Source: Candidatus Babeliales bacterium
Lineage (GTDB): Bacteria > Babelota > Babeliae > Babelales > JBFXEV01
Assembly: GCA_963716425.1 (NCBI GenBank)
Contig: OY970310.1
Coordinates: 1,275,639 to 1,339,638, forward strand
Length of the DNA stretch: 64,000 nt
Reading direction: 5' to 3'
In this document: positions 32,122-41,544 of the stretch, piece by piece
Numbering within the stretch: the stretch's first letter is position 1
Layout: each line of letters starts with the position of its first letter
Notes under the pieces: model-generated
The model's input: only the letters and a program-made list of their open reading frames with translations
Database searches by the model: none
Told to the model about the DNA's origin: nothing
Made by a program: the position numbers and the translations under genes

Positions 32122-32363
32122 GATAGAGGGTTTATCAAGACTTTTATTAATTGTTTTGATTAAAAGCGGAGATAATAGGTATATCTCTTGCAATAACCGG
32201 GAATTTTAATGCCTAAGAGTAATATAAGATAATATACTTTGAGTAATTGTACATGTTCAGAGAGATGTCCAACAATGTGTTTCCAATTGAGATGGTGTTC
32301 CGCTTTCCGCGAAGTTTGTTGTGGAATAATGGTGTGTAAGAGATCTTTAAGTGAGGTAGACAT
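32122..32363 (-). pseudogene. Truncated, frameshifted duplicate of dciA
   Basis: MSTSLKDLLHTIIPQQTS...; nucleotide similarity to 30499-30762 including upstream sequence. Confidence 0.8.
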
Positions 32364-32416
32364 GCTTATTGAGTATAGTCTCTTATCAGTTCTTTCAAGA
32401 AGATATTTTATCGCGT

Positions 32417-32887
32417 TCAGCATACACTTTTTGCACTTGCAGCTCCTTGCCCGTAATACCATGCACATTCAGATCCGTCGGTTATGGTGTTCATTGAAAA
32501 AATGGGAAGATCTTGCGTGATATCCATCAAAAATAAAATGTAAGGGGATATGTCTGTTTTATTCCCTAATGATGAAAGGCGAAGCACAAGCCCTCCTTTG
32601 CCATTATCGAATAGAGAAAGTTTAGGATAGTTATTATTATATTGTATAAAGATGGCAAGATTGTCCGGTTGGATGTTTGATGGTTTTGCCAAATATTCAG
32701 TTGCAGTTTCAAGGTTGATTTTATTTTTGGGCATTAATTTTTCTTGAGACAGATGGTAGAAAGAGCAACCATGAGCTCGTTTTAAAACGGTATGAATATT
32801 TTTCTTATTGAATTCAGAATCTAAGTGGATTTCAATTATTGGAATTGTTGTCATCTGTTGTTCCAAATTTTTCAGGTGTTTATTCAT
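32417..32887 (-). CDS. Putative immunity protein 2
   Basis: Paralog of 32880-33296 (DISPYILFLMDITQDLPI vs DFARYVRFILNISKNLPI); overlapping start. Confidence 0.6.
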   Translation of the reverse strand: MNKHLKNLEQQMTTIPIIEIHLDSEFNKKNIHTVLKRAHGCSFYHLSQEKLMPKNKINLETATEYLAKPSNIQPDNLAIFIQYNNNYPKLSLFDNGKGGLVLRLSSLGNKTDISPYILFLMDITQDLPIFSMNTITDGSECAWYYGQGAASAKSVC

Positions 32888-33296
32888 AACTTATTTTTAT
32901 ACTTTTTATTGGCAAATTTTTGCTTATGTTAAGTATGAATCTAACATATCTTGCAAAATCGCATTTTATTTCATCATCACCAAAATCCTTTTCCCAGTAG
33001 TTACTACCCAACATTAACCCGAGTGATGCTGTGCCGTGAAAGTTTTGGTAAAAAGAGATTATCAAAGATGTTGAATCTAAATCAGCGCAAAACCCTCCAC
33101 CGACTCGAGGAGTATTATAACCCTCAAAAGCCATGGATGCCATTTCTTCGAGAGGAAAAGATAATTGGTTATGCGTTTTGGGATCTGTTTTATACAAATA
33201 GCAACCTAAATTTAGAGCTTTTTGTAAAATAGATTTAATATCATCGTTAGTAAATTTTATGCTGAAATCTATATCAATATTGCGATCGACACTCAT
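32880..33296 (-). CDS. Putative immunity protein 1
   Basis: Small ORF coupled (ATGA overlap) to the nuclease-domain stop. Confidence 0.6.
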   Translation of the reverse strand: MSVDRNIDIDFSIKFTNDDIKSILQKALNLGCYLYKTDPKTHNQLSFPLEEMASMAFEGYNTPRVGGGFCADLDSTSLIISFYQNFHGTASLGLMLGSNYWEKDFGDDEIKCDFARYVRFILNISKNLPIKSIKISYE

Positions 33297-35945
33297 TTAA
33301 CTCTCAAGTATGTAATGCCATTTTTAATTGAGAATTCTTTTAGTTCTTCTGTAGGAGCATGCTGAGTATAAATAATATATTGTTGAATGACTTGTTTTGC
33401 TACTTCAGTAGATTGTTCCGTAAATTTATTAGTATATTTAATCAGTTTAGGAACAGCATCCCAAAAAACAGATTTACATTCTATAGCATATTTCTCAGTA
33501 AGGATGTCTATTTCACTATTAGGGATGCTTCTGCCAAATTCTATAATTTTTTCACCAGACTGCAGCAATCCTCTCGCTGTTCTCAACTCATAGAGAGCCC
33601 CTTTAATAAGGCACTCCGTTCCTTGACGAATATTGTTGCAGTTTAAAAGAACTCTTTTAAAGGCACTATCAATCGCTAAGAATCCTGGCGTGTTTTTAAA
33701 CATTTCCTAAAATTCCATAACTTCTTCATAGGAAGTGCCAACTTGGTTGAGAGCTGTATTGAGTGCTACAATACCACATGATTACATATATTTGAGGGTA
33801 TCTTCTGGTGACCAATTACCTTTAGGAGGTTTGAATGGTACCATACTTGTACCAGTTTCCCCATCGGGTGGTGGCATACCATTCCTATTTAGATTAGTTC
33901 CTTCAATATCATTTGTAATAATTATTCCAGATTTAGAAGGTGTAGATATTTCTGGTTCGGTAGTATCAGCCTTTTTGTCATCATCATCTTCTTCTTCAGC
34001 TTTCTCTTTTTCTGGCTCTGCAGCCTCATCATCCATTTGTGGTTTTTGCACAGGAGGCTTTTGAGTATCAGATTCAGTCTTGTTTATATAAGTTGTTAGA
34101 ACTCCAATTGTTTTTTGAAATGATGCATAGGTTGCGCCTGAATAAGTCGAATTGTAAAGTGTTTGAAGTCGATCAAGTTCAAGCCGTGCCATTAAACCTT
34201 CTTGAGTTCCATCAAGAACATGTTGGAGATAAAACAGCTCATTGATTTCTTTGAGTAGTTTTGGCTGATTAAAAATCTCTGAAGAGAATTGGTATGTGCT
34301 GCTACTCGGAAAGTGACTAAAATCTTTTAAGATACCATTTGGCAAATAGAGTGCTTGCTCTAAAGCATGCCGTTCTTCTAGGCTGTGCTGAATGATAATC
34401 TCAGTTGTTTTTGCAATAAACTGAGTACCAGTTCCCAAATATTCAATGAGGTTATAAAGAGCATCATGCACATAATCTGGCACATCATTAGGAATTTGCC
34501 ACATGGCTTGCATGTTTGTTTTTTGAGTATTGCGTATATTAAGTGCATTATTTAATTGCGTGAGTGCGTTTATATCTTTTGCATATGCGTGTTTTGTTTC
34601 ACAAGTGGTTGCAGCCCACAAAGGGTCTTGTGCATATGCTTTAAGCACGCCATGCTCATCACAGTTTTTTTCTTTATAGGCTTGATAACTTTCGTTATAG
34701 AGCATGTGCCAAGTCGGACGGGACCTTTTTTCTATAATTTTATAGGCAGCAACAAAGTTATTATTACTGCAATAGGTTAAAATCATTTCAACGTTTTGGT
34801 TGTAACCGTTTTCACGAATAGGTTGTTTAATATTGTGGGGGTACCAAGGTATAGTAGGCAGCCAACCGCCGGTTACTATGTGGTATAATCCATTCCATAA
34901 ATAAGTGCCCGTGCTATCCTCATGAGCCAAAACTTCATGGAAGTTAAATTGTTCGACAAGTTGCAAATAATATCTTTTTTTATAACAATTTTTAAGGAGC
35001 TTTGCGATGATAGAATTTCTTGCTACCGGATCGCTTGAGTTTATGTGAATTAGGTAGCCATCTGTATTAAAATAGAGTGGAATCAGTTCATCAATGACCA
35101 TCTGGAGTTTATAATTATATGGTTCTTCAATTTCAAGATAGGGGAAGGTAAGACATGCAGCAGTACGTTTGCCAATATCATTGCTTACAAGATCATAAAA
35201 GACAGAGATGATCGTATTAAAGCGTCTTATAAAATCTTGTGCATAATATGGATCCTGATCCATGAGTTTTCCGTGGAGAGCTTTTTCTAGCTCATAATTA
35301 TGGCAATCTGCAACAATGCGTCTTCGAGCTGCTGATAATCGTTCGCCGTGGTTAATACCTATTGTGGCATATGTGTTTATGTGCGGTAAATCAATACGAA
35401 TTTTGTTGGAGTGATAAGTGACTTGTATAGGCGATGCAGGAAGGCGAGCACTATGGGTGTGTGTATTATAGACATTTGATGGTATTGAACCTATGTATTT
35501 GGTGCGTTCAATGCTGGGTGTAATAATGTTGGTGTTAACCAATGCAAGAATTTCTCGTTCTTGCGCTGATGACAGATTGTGTTCCTTATAGGCAGCTTTT
35601 AAAGAAGCATGTCCAATAGATTGTTCAAATACTTGTACGACTTCTTGTTCGGGATAAAGATGAAGAGCAGTTGATGGTGCAGTAGGAAATTGTTCTCGCA
35701 ATTCTCGAGCAATGGTTGGCAGAGCAAAGCTGTGAATTTTTAACGCATCATCAGAAAGTTGGCTAATAAGATAGGCACTATAGAGTGAGCCAAGGGCAGT
35801 AGCTCCTAAAAGAATGGCATCATAGGCAAGTGGGGCCAATGCACACAGCTGGCGCTATAGTTTGTATGCGATGAACAAACAATTCATCGCATACAAACAG
35901 CAGGAGCAACCCTAAACAAATTTTTTTTAAACGGTTTCGTTTCAT
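33293..35945 (-). pseudogene. Disrupted secreted polymorphic toxin with C-terminal PD-(D/E)XK nuclease-like domain
   Basis: SD AGGAG + ATG 35945 signal-like MKRNRLKKICLGLLLL; frameshift near 35840-35900; 685-aa ORF; in-frame TAA (33782-33784) and TAG (33707-33709); then GALYE...EIDILT...AIECK. Confidence 0.7.
35860..35898. repeat. Perfect 16-bp inverted repeat with 7-nt spacer
   Basis: gtttgtatgcgatgaa-caaacaa-ttcatcgcatacaaac. Confidence 0.9.
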
Positions 35946-36119
35946 GACTTTCTCCTGTCATAATGTATGCGTCTGTCTATTTGTACTACAGATTTTGTAA
36001 TTAGGCAATACAAGAATTTATGCATAAGGTGATCGACACAGTGGATAGATTTGGTATACTCAACAAGAGTTTTATGCAAGCACTGTGATAAAATTTTTCA
36101 ATTCTTACAAGGATGTTCT

Positions 36120-36539
36120 ATGCTCAAACGTTCGTTGGTTTTAACTTTAATTTTTTTGGTAACGGCTCATACAGTGGGTGCTATGGATGAAGCCGCACTT
36201 GTTGTAGTGACACCTGTACCACAAAAAGCAGCTCAGCAAGGTCTTTTTGCTTACTTGATATCTTTTGGCCCGTCATCTGCAAAAGACAATCAGGATGCAT
36301 CAACAGCAAAAGGTTCTCCAGCGTTGCCGGGCGCTCCCCAAACAATGCATTACATGTCACCAGAAGAGGAAGCTAGGAAAAAAGCTCTTGAAGAAACTAG
36401 AAAACAAGCTCTTGAAGCTTCTTCCAAGTTGTACTTTCTTTATCCAGGTGGCCCAGAGGCACCTAAATCACCAGAGCCAAAAGAAAGTAATAGATGTTCG
36501 CTTAAAATTTCATTTGGAAGCGGTGGCTGTTGCCCGTAA
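36120..36539 (+). CDS. Hypothetical secreted low-complexity protein
   Basis: Signal peptide MLKRSLVLTLIFLVTAHTVGA-MD; ends GGCCP. Confidence 0.6.
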   Translation: MLKRSLVLTLIFLVTAHTVGAMDEAALVVVTPVPQKAAQQGLFAYLISFGPSSAKDNQDASTAKGSPALPGAPQTMHYMSPEEEARKKALEETRKQALEASSKLYFLYPGGPEAPKSPEPKESNRCSLKISFGSGGCCP

Positions 36540-36558
36540 AAGATACGAGAGATAAACA

Positions 36559-36996
36559 ATGAGAGATTTTGAAGCTTTGCCCCATACGGCCGATCTTAAG
36601 ATCAGAGTCTATGGGGCATCTTTGCAACAACTCTTTTGTAATGCTCTTTTGGGTATGTTTCAGGTGATTGAACCCGTTGCGCCTGATTGTGTGTGGCAAA
36701 ATGAAAGGCTCGTCTGTAAAGAGTTGCCACGGCACTATGAAGTTGAAATTTCTTCACCAGATGTTATTATGCTGCTTGTTGATTTTTTATCTGAAGCATT
36801 ATACTTAAGTGATGTACATAATGAAGCATATTTGAAAGTTGATGTACACGAGTTTGATGAACACCATATACAAGCGACATTACGTGGCGTGTCGGTGAAA
36901 CGATTTGGCATTGAAATTAAGGCCGTTACGTATCACGATCTTGAAATTAAAAAGACTCATAATGGGTATCAGGTGGATATCGTGTTTGATATATAA
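36559..36996 (+). CDS. Archease
   Basis: HTADL, LLVDFLSE, EIKAVTYH, C-terminal VFDI. Confidence 0.95.
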   Translation: MRDFEALPHTADLKIRVYGASLQQLFCNALLGMFQVIEPVAPDCVWQNERLVCKELPRHYEVEISSPDVIMLLVDFLSEALYLSDVHNEAYLKVDVHEFDEHHIQATLRGVSVKRFGIEIKAVTYHDLEIKKTHNGYQVDIVFDI

Positions 36997-37027
36997 TAAA
37001 ATAAGTTAGCGTCGTTACCGCTCTAAT

Positions 37028-37137
37028 ATTTCGATACATTCTACTACGCTAAAGCTTCGTAGAACACTCAATATGAACGGTCTGAAAAAAAAGTCCTTAT
37101 GACTCGCTCGCCCTGAGCTTGTTGAAGGTTACGAGCG
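37028..37137. repeat. REP-like palindromes between archease and rtcB
   Basis: tttcgatacattctactacgctaaagcttcgtagaacactcaatatgaacgg and cgctcgccctgagcttgttgaagg (37105-37128). Confidence 0.65.
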
Positions 37138-37147
37138 AAAGAAAAAA

Positions 37148-38605
37148 ATGGAACAAGAAGTAACCAAAAAAGATCTTATCAAACTTGATGAAACTGTGTA
37201 CGAAATCCCTCGCGAATATCGGTCTGATATGTTGGTACCCGCACGATTATTTGCTAATGAAACGATTCTTGATGATATTTTAGAAGATCGTTCTCTCTGG
37301 CAACTTGCAAATGTTGCGACCCTCCCTGGTATTGCAAAATGTGCACTTGCCATGCCTGATATTCATCAGGGATATGGCTTTCCGATTGGTGGCGTTGCAG
37401 CAACTATTATTGATCAAGGTGGTGTCATTTCTCCTGGTGGCATTGGCTATGATATTAATTGCGGCGTTCGTTTGCTTGCAGTAAACATGGATGCCGAAGA
37501 ACTTAAGCCGTATTTGCCCAAATTGGCAGATGAACTGTTTAATCGCGTGCCTTCTGGCGTTGGTCAAGGCGGCAAAATCAAATTATCGCTTGGTGAACTT
37601 GATAAGGTAATTAAGGGTGGCGCAAAACATATGCTTGAGCTTGGTTATGGCACGCCAGGTGATTTAGAACGATGTGAAGAACATGGGTGCATGCCTGATG
37701 CTGATCCGCGCTCAATTTCTGAACATGCAAAAAAACGAGGCTCAGATCAATTGGGTACATTAGGTTCTGGTAATCACTTTCTTGAAGTACAACGAGTTGA
37801 TGAAATTTTTGATGCAAAAGTCGCACAAGCTTTTGGTCTTAAAGTTGGCCAAGTTACCGTGATGATCCATTGCGGTTCACGCGGGCTGGGTCATCAAGTA
37901 TGCACTGATTATGTACGCCTCATGATGCCTAAAATTAAAGAATGGGGTATAACGTTACCTGATCGTGAACTTGTATGTGCACCATTTAAATCTCGTGAAG
38001 CACAAGAATATTTTAGCGCCATGAAAGGCGCTGCAAACTTTGCCTGGGCAAATAGACACGTAATTGGTCATTGGGTGCGGGAAGCATTTGAAATTGCAGT
38101 GGGACCAGAAGCGAAACTTTCTATGGTGTATGATCTTTCTCATAACATGGGCAAGCTAGAAACTCATACCATTAATGATAAACCCACCAAAGTATTAGTG
38201 CATCGCAAGGGAGCAACACGTGCATTCCCAGCAGGTCATCCTGAAGTGCCATTACCGTATCGCGCTGTTGGTCACCCAGTACTTATTCCAGGAACTATGG
38301 GGACTGCATCGTATGTACTTGTAGGAACTGAAGAAGGTATGGATATTGCTTTTGGTTCATCTTGTCATGGTGCAGGGCGCAGATGGTCACGCACCAAAGC
38401 AAAACATGTTATACGAGGTTCTGATCTTAAAAAAGAGCTTGAAGCGCAGGGAATACTTATTCGGTGTGATTCTGATCCAGGACTTTCTGAAGAGGCACCT
38501 ATTGCCTATAAAGATGTTGAAGATGTGGTGGATGTAGTACAAAAATCTAAACTGGCAAGAAAGGTAGTGCGCTTAACGCCATTGGCTGTGATTAAAGGTG
38601 GATAA
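37148..38605 (+). CDS. rtcB: RNA-splicing/repair ligase RtcB
   Basis: MPDIHQGYGFPIGG, DINCG, GNHFLE, HCGSRG, HN, HRKGAT, HGAGR. Confidence 0.97.
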   Translation: MEQEVTKKDLIKLDETVYEIPREYRSDMLVPARLFANETILDDILEDRSLWQLANVATLPGIAKCALAMPDIHQGYGFPIGGVAATIIDQGGVISPGGIGYDINCGVRLLAVNMDAEELKPYLPKLADELFNRVPSGVGQGGKIKLSLGELDKVIKGGAKHMLELGYGTPGDLERCEEHGCMPDADPRSISEHAKKRGSDQLGTLGSGNHFLEVQRVDEIFDAKVAQAFGLKVGQVTVMIHCGSRGLGHQVCTDYVRLMMPKIKEWGITLPDRELVCAPFKSREAQEYFSAMKGAANFAWANRHVIGHWVREAFEIAVGPEAKLSMVYDLSHNMGKLETHTINDKPTKVLVHRKGATRAFPAGHPEVPLPYRAVGHPVLIPGTMGTASYVLVGTEEGMDIAFGSSCHGAGRRWSRTKAKHVIRGSDLKKELEAQGILIRCDSDPGLSEEAPIAYKDVEDVVDVVQKSKLARKVVRLTPLAVIKGG

Positions 38606-38622
38606 AACATATAGGAATTGAT

Positions 38623-39180
38623 ATGCGTTTGTTTGTAGCAATTGATCTTACCGAACCTATTATCGATGCACTGAGTGCTTTGCAAGAAGCGGTTGGCAAT
38701 CTTGATGGGATCGAAATGCGTTGTGTGGAGCCTTCTCAATTGCATCTTACTCTTCAATTTTTAGGCAATGTTACTGAAGAACAATTGCCTGTGCTTATGC
38801 GTGCTTTAGAGGGAGTGCAATGCAAACCATTTAAACTGTGTTTGAATACCATGAGCGTGTTACCAAATGAGAAGCATATTCGTATTATCTATGTGGATCT
38901 TGTGGGTAAAGAAATAGCATCACTTGCAAAACAGATGAAAGATGCAGTGGCACCATTTCTGAATGAGGAACAGCATGACTTCTTAAGCCACGTAACTATT
39001 GCGCGAGTCAAAAGTGTGGAAAATCCTGAGACATTTATAAAAGCTCTTTCAAAAATTAAAATCCCTGAAGTATGTTTTATGACAAGACGATTTGCGCTTA
39101 AGAGATCGGAGCTTTCTTCTGATGGTGCCGAGCACACTATTGTAAAAGAGTATAAGTTGGGGTCGTGCCAGCTTTCATAG
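38623..39180 (+). CDS. thpR: RNA 2',3'-cyclic phosphodiesterase (2H family)
   Basis: MRLFVAI, HLTLQFLG, HVTIAR. Confidence 0.93.
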   Translation: MRLFVAIDLTEPIIDALSALQEAVGNLDGIEMRCVEPSQLHLTLQFLGNVTEEQLPVLMRALEGVQCKPFKLCLNTMSVLPNEKHIRIIYVDLVGKEIASLAKQMKDAVAPFLNEEQHDFLSHVTIARVKSVENPETFIKALSKIKIPEVCFMTRRFALKRSELSSDGAEHTIVKEYKLGSCQLS

Positions 39181-39185
39181 AAACA

Positions 39186-40772
39186 TCATTTTTTCTTATC
39201 AGGATACGCAAGACAGACTCTTGTCAAAGTATCTTTCTCAATAACTTTGATAGTTACGAACTTATCTTTCTTGAGTGCTAGATTTCGTAATTTATGCACT
39301 ATTCTTTCAAGGTATTCTGTTTGTATATTCTTGGGCAATGTTCTAAATCCATCAGTCGCAATAAGAGTATTGGCAGTACACAAGAGCTTAACTAGATTAG
39401 TTTGTTTGTTTCTATGAAAAATGCCTTTCGAAAGCCAGCAGATGGTAAGAAATTGTGCGATAGGCATTGTGCCATATTCATGAGGAAATCGTGCGATCAT
39501 AGATCCATTATGTGCTTGTGCAATAAGTGTTCCGTTATGGTCAAACCATATTCTTTGCGCAAAACAATTCTTAATACGGAATATTTTATCAGTGGTGCAA
39601 TTTAAGACGCAAAGATCTGTATGTGATTGATATGCCAGGTAGTTTCTGCAGTGGCTGTGTGCAGCTTGCCTATACGCTATACGGGGCACATGGCTAATGA
39701 TGTTCTGTCTTTCATCGGTAATTGGATCCCAGTATATAGTAAGAACATCTTCTTGAATCATGAGTAGTGTGCCACAAGGGAGCCACTGTATATAATTTTG
39801 TGGCGAATTTGAACGAAATGAAGCAATGTGCTTAGGCTTTCCCTGTTCAAGTGTAAATACGTCTATAGTTCCCTGATGAGAGCGTGCTGCAAATAAATAA
39901 TGAGTTGGGCTCATTACTATTTCTTTATAACATTTTTTGATAGTACTAGAAATGGGGAGTACTGATGAGTTATTCACGGGTAAAGTACTCAAATCTGTGA
40001 TATCAATCTTATGAAGAGAATGGGTCAATAGATATCTATCATCATAACTGAAATGTGCAGAACATACGTGCACGTTATCTTTCATAGATACTTGATAATG
40101 CGGTTGCTGCAGAGAGCAGAGTTCAGTTTGCATGATTGGGATAACGGCGTGATTAAAACGCTTGTGTGGCCCATTGTATGCAATCAAAACATAAGATCCA
40201 CGAGAGCTAAACGTTACGCTATGCACGTTATTATAATTACCTATGTCTATGCTGCCTATCACTTTGGATTGAGATGTCTCTTGCATGAGTGCATTAAGAA
40301 AGAGAACAAGACGGTTTTCATGGTAAGCTTCGCAGGTGACATATAGTTTTTGAATTGGAGAATAATCGCAAAAAATAGGAGGATTACGTCGGGCCGTTTG
40401 CATAGGCATTGGAATCGGTGATTCCACAATTTGCCATGGACAGCCATCAAGACAATCGAGATGTTTTTTTGCTAACCTTACTTTAAGAGCACATTTGAGT
40501 CCTTCATGCAAATGAGCTTCAACGTAAGCGGCAGTTGTTTGTTGGGTCTGGTATAGATGCTGATAACAACTGGGGGGATCCATTGGCATAAAGGTGCCGA
40601 CTATTTTGCTGATTCGCTTTAGGCATAATGATTGCAGAGTTGGTACCTTGCTTTCATTAGGATCATGATGTCCTTCGACAAGTTCAGGATAAACGGACTT
40701 TGGCGTAAATGGATCCATCGATTTGAGTGTGATGCTCATGAATAAGAGAACAAGAAAGGTGATATTGCGCAT
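39186..40772 (-). CDS. Secreted hypothetical protein with BC-box-like motif and beta-propeller-like region
   Basis: GGAGG before MMRNITFL signal peptide; VPTLQSLCLKRI; WD40-like FSSRG/FSYDD/WLPCG/WFDHNG strands. Confidence 0.6.
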   Translation of the reverse strand: MRNITFLVLLFMSITLKSMDPFTPKSVYPELVEGHHDPNESKVPTLQSLCLKRISKIVGTFMPMDPPSCYQHLYQTQQTTAAYVEAHLHEGLKCALKVRLAKKHLDCLDGCPWQIVESPIPMPMQTARRNPPIFCDYSPIQKLYVTCEAYHENRLVLFLNALMQETSQSKVIGSIDIGNYNNVHSVTFSSRGSYVLIAYNGPHKRFNHAVIPIMQTELCSLQQPHYQVSMKDNVHVCSAHFSYDDRYLLTHSLHKIDITDLSTLPVNNSSVLPISSTIKKCYKEIVMSPTHYLFAARSHQGTIDVFTLEQGKPKHIASFRSNSPQNYIQWLPCGTLLMIQEDVLTIYWDPITDERQNIISHVPRIAYRQAAHSHCRNYLAYQSHTDLCVLNCTTDKIFRIKNCFAQRIWFDHNGTLIAQAHNGSMIARFPHEYGTMPIAQFLTICWLSKGIFHRNKQTNLVKLLCTANTLIATDGFRTLPKNIQTEYLERIVHKLRNLALKKDKFVTIKVIEKDTLTRVCLAYPDKKK

Positions 40773-40903
40773 CATGATCCTCCGGCTGCTGATTGTAGTA
40801 TGCCAAGAGAGGGTGGTGTGATTCAAGAGTTGGTAATGATTTTGAGTTGGGTTATGAGATCTTAGATAAAAGATTAATGTGTATGTCTTTGGCTTCATTC
40901 TTT

Positions 40904-41082
40904 GACGGTCGTTTCTTTTGATGTGTTAGCACCTTGCGCCTTTCCGGTGAGGATAAAGGATTTTGCTCGCCCAAAACCCTTTAATTAAAAGGGCTCCAGC
41001 ATGGTGCTGGACCCACCGATAACGCCTAGCTTTACGGCTCCGCCGCCACGCCTTCGGCGGACTGCGATCCTGTAAATTAGGC
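40904..41082 (-). ncRNA. Unrecognised structured element, copy A
   Basis: Series of hairpins homologous to copy B with compensatory changes; G-U pairs favour the minus strand. Confidence 0.5.
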
Positions 41083-41279
41083 TATCTAAAGACTTCTTTA
41101 ATTAATAAGATATATTTACTGACTTTTTTACAATCATTTTTCGCCTCTATCGCCGGCTGGGCGAGTTTCATAAACTACTCTTAAAAATGGTGTCAATTAT
41201 TAATACAATGTACAAATCTGGAAAAATCTTTAATTTTACAGAATTACGTTTTAAACCCATTAATGTACATCTTTGATTA

Positions 41280-41463
41280 GCTGATGGGACCCTTAGAACT
41301 TTTTGAAGCAAAAGTTCGCTAGGGGGAGTTTTTCAGCGCGGAGATAAATAAGAACACGTTCTTATTTGCCCTTTTAATTCAAAAATCTTTTGGGCAAGCA
41401 AAAGATTTTGCCCTGCCTGGGAAAGGTCGGAGCGATAGCAAATTCTCATTAACAAACGGCCTC
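41280..41463 (+). ncRNA. Unrecognised structured element, copy B
   Basis: GCCCUUUUAAUU, 11-bp hairpin with GGCAAG loop, CCU..GGAAAGG, short hairpin, AAACG. Confidence 0.5.
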
Positions 41464-41544
41464 GAAGCAACGAAGAAAAGAACTTGCTAAGTTAAATGAG
41501 TTAAAAATAATTTACAAATTTATACAAAATCAAAGTAAAAGTTC

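Noticed and set aside
33707-33784. Stop-codon reassignment explaining the in-frame TAA/TAG
   Set aside because: Conserved genes in the window end normally at TAA, TAG and TGA; local pseudogenisation is simpler
41141-41165. gccggctgggc matches part of the HDV ribozyme
   Set aside because: No upstream P1/P2 partner strands; likely chance
40904-41463. Known riboswitch or intron identity (c-di-GMP-I, M-box, T-box, group II intron, SRP)
   Set aside because: Diagnostic motifs were not found by eye; an Rfam search is still needed
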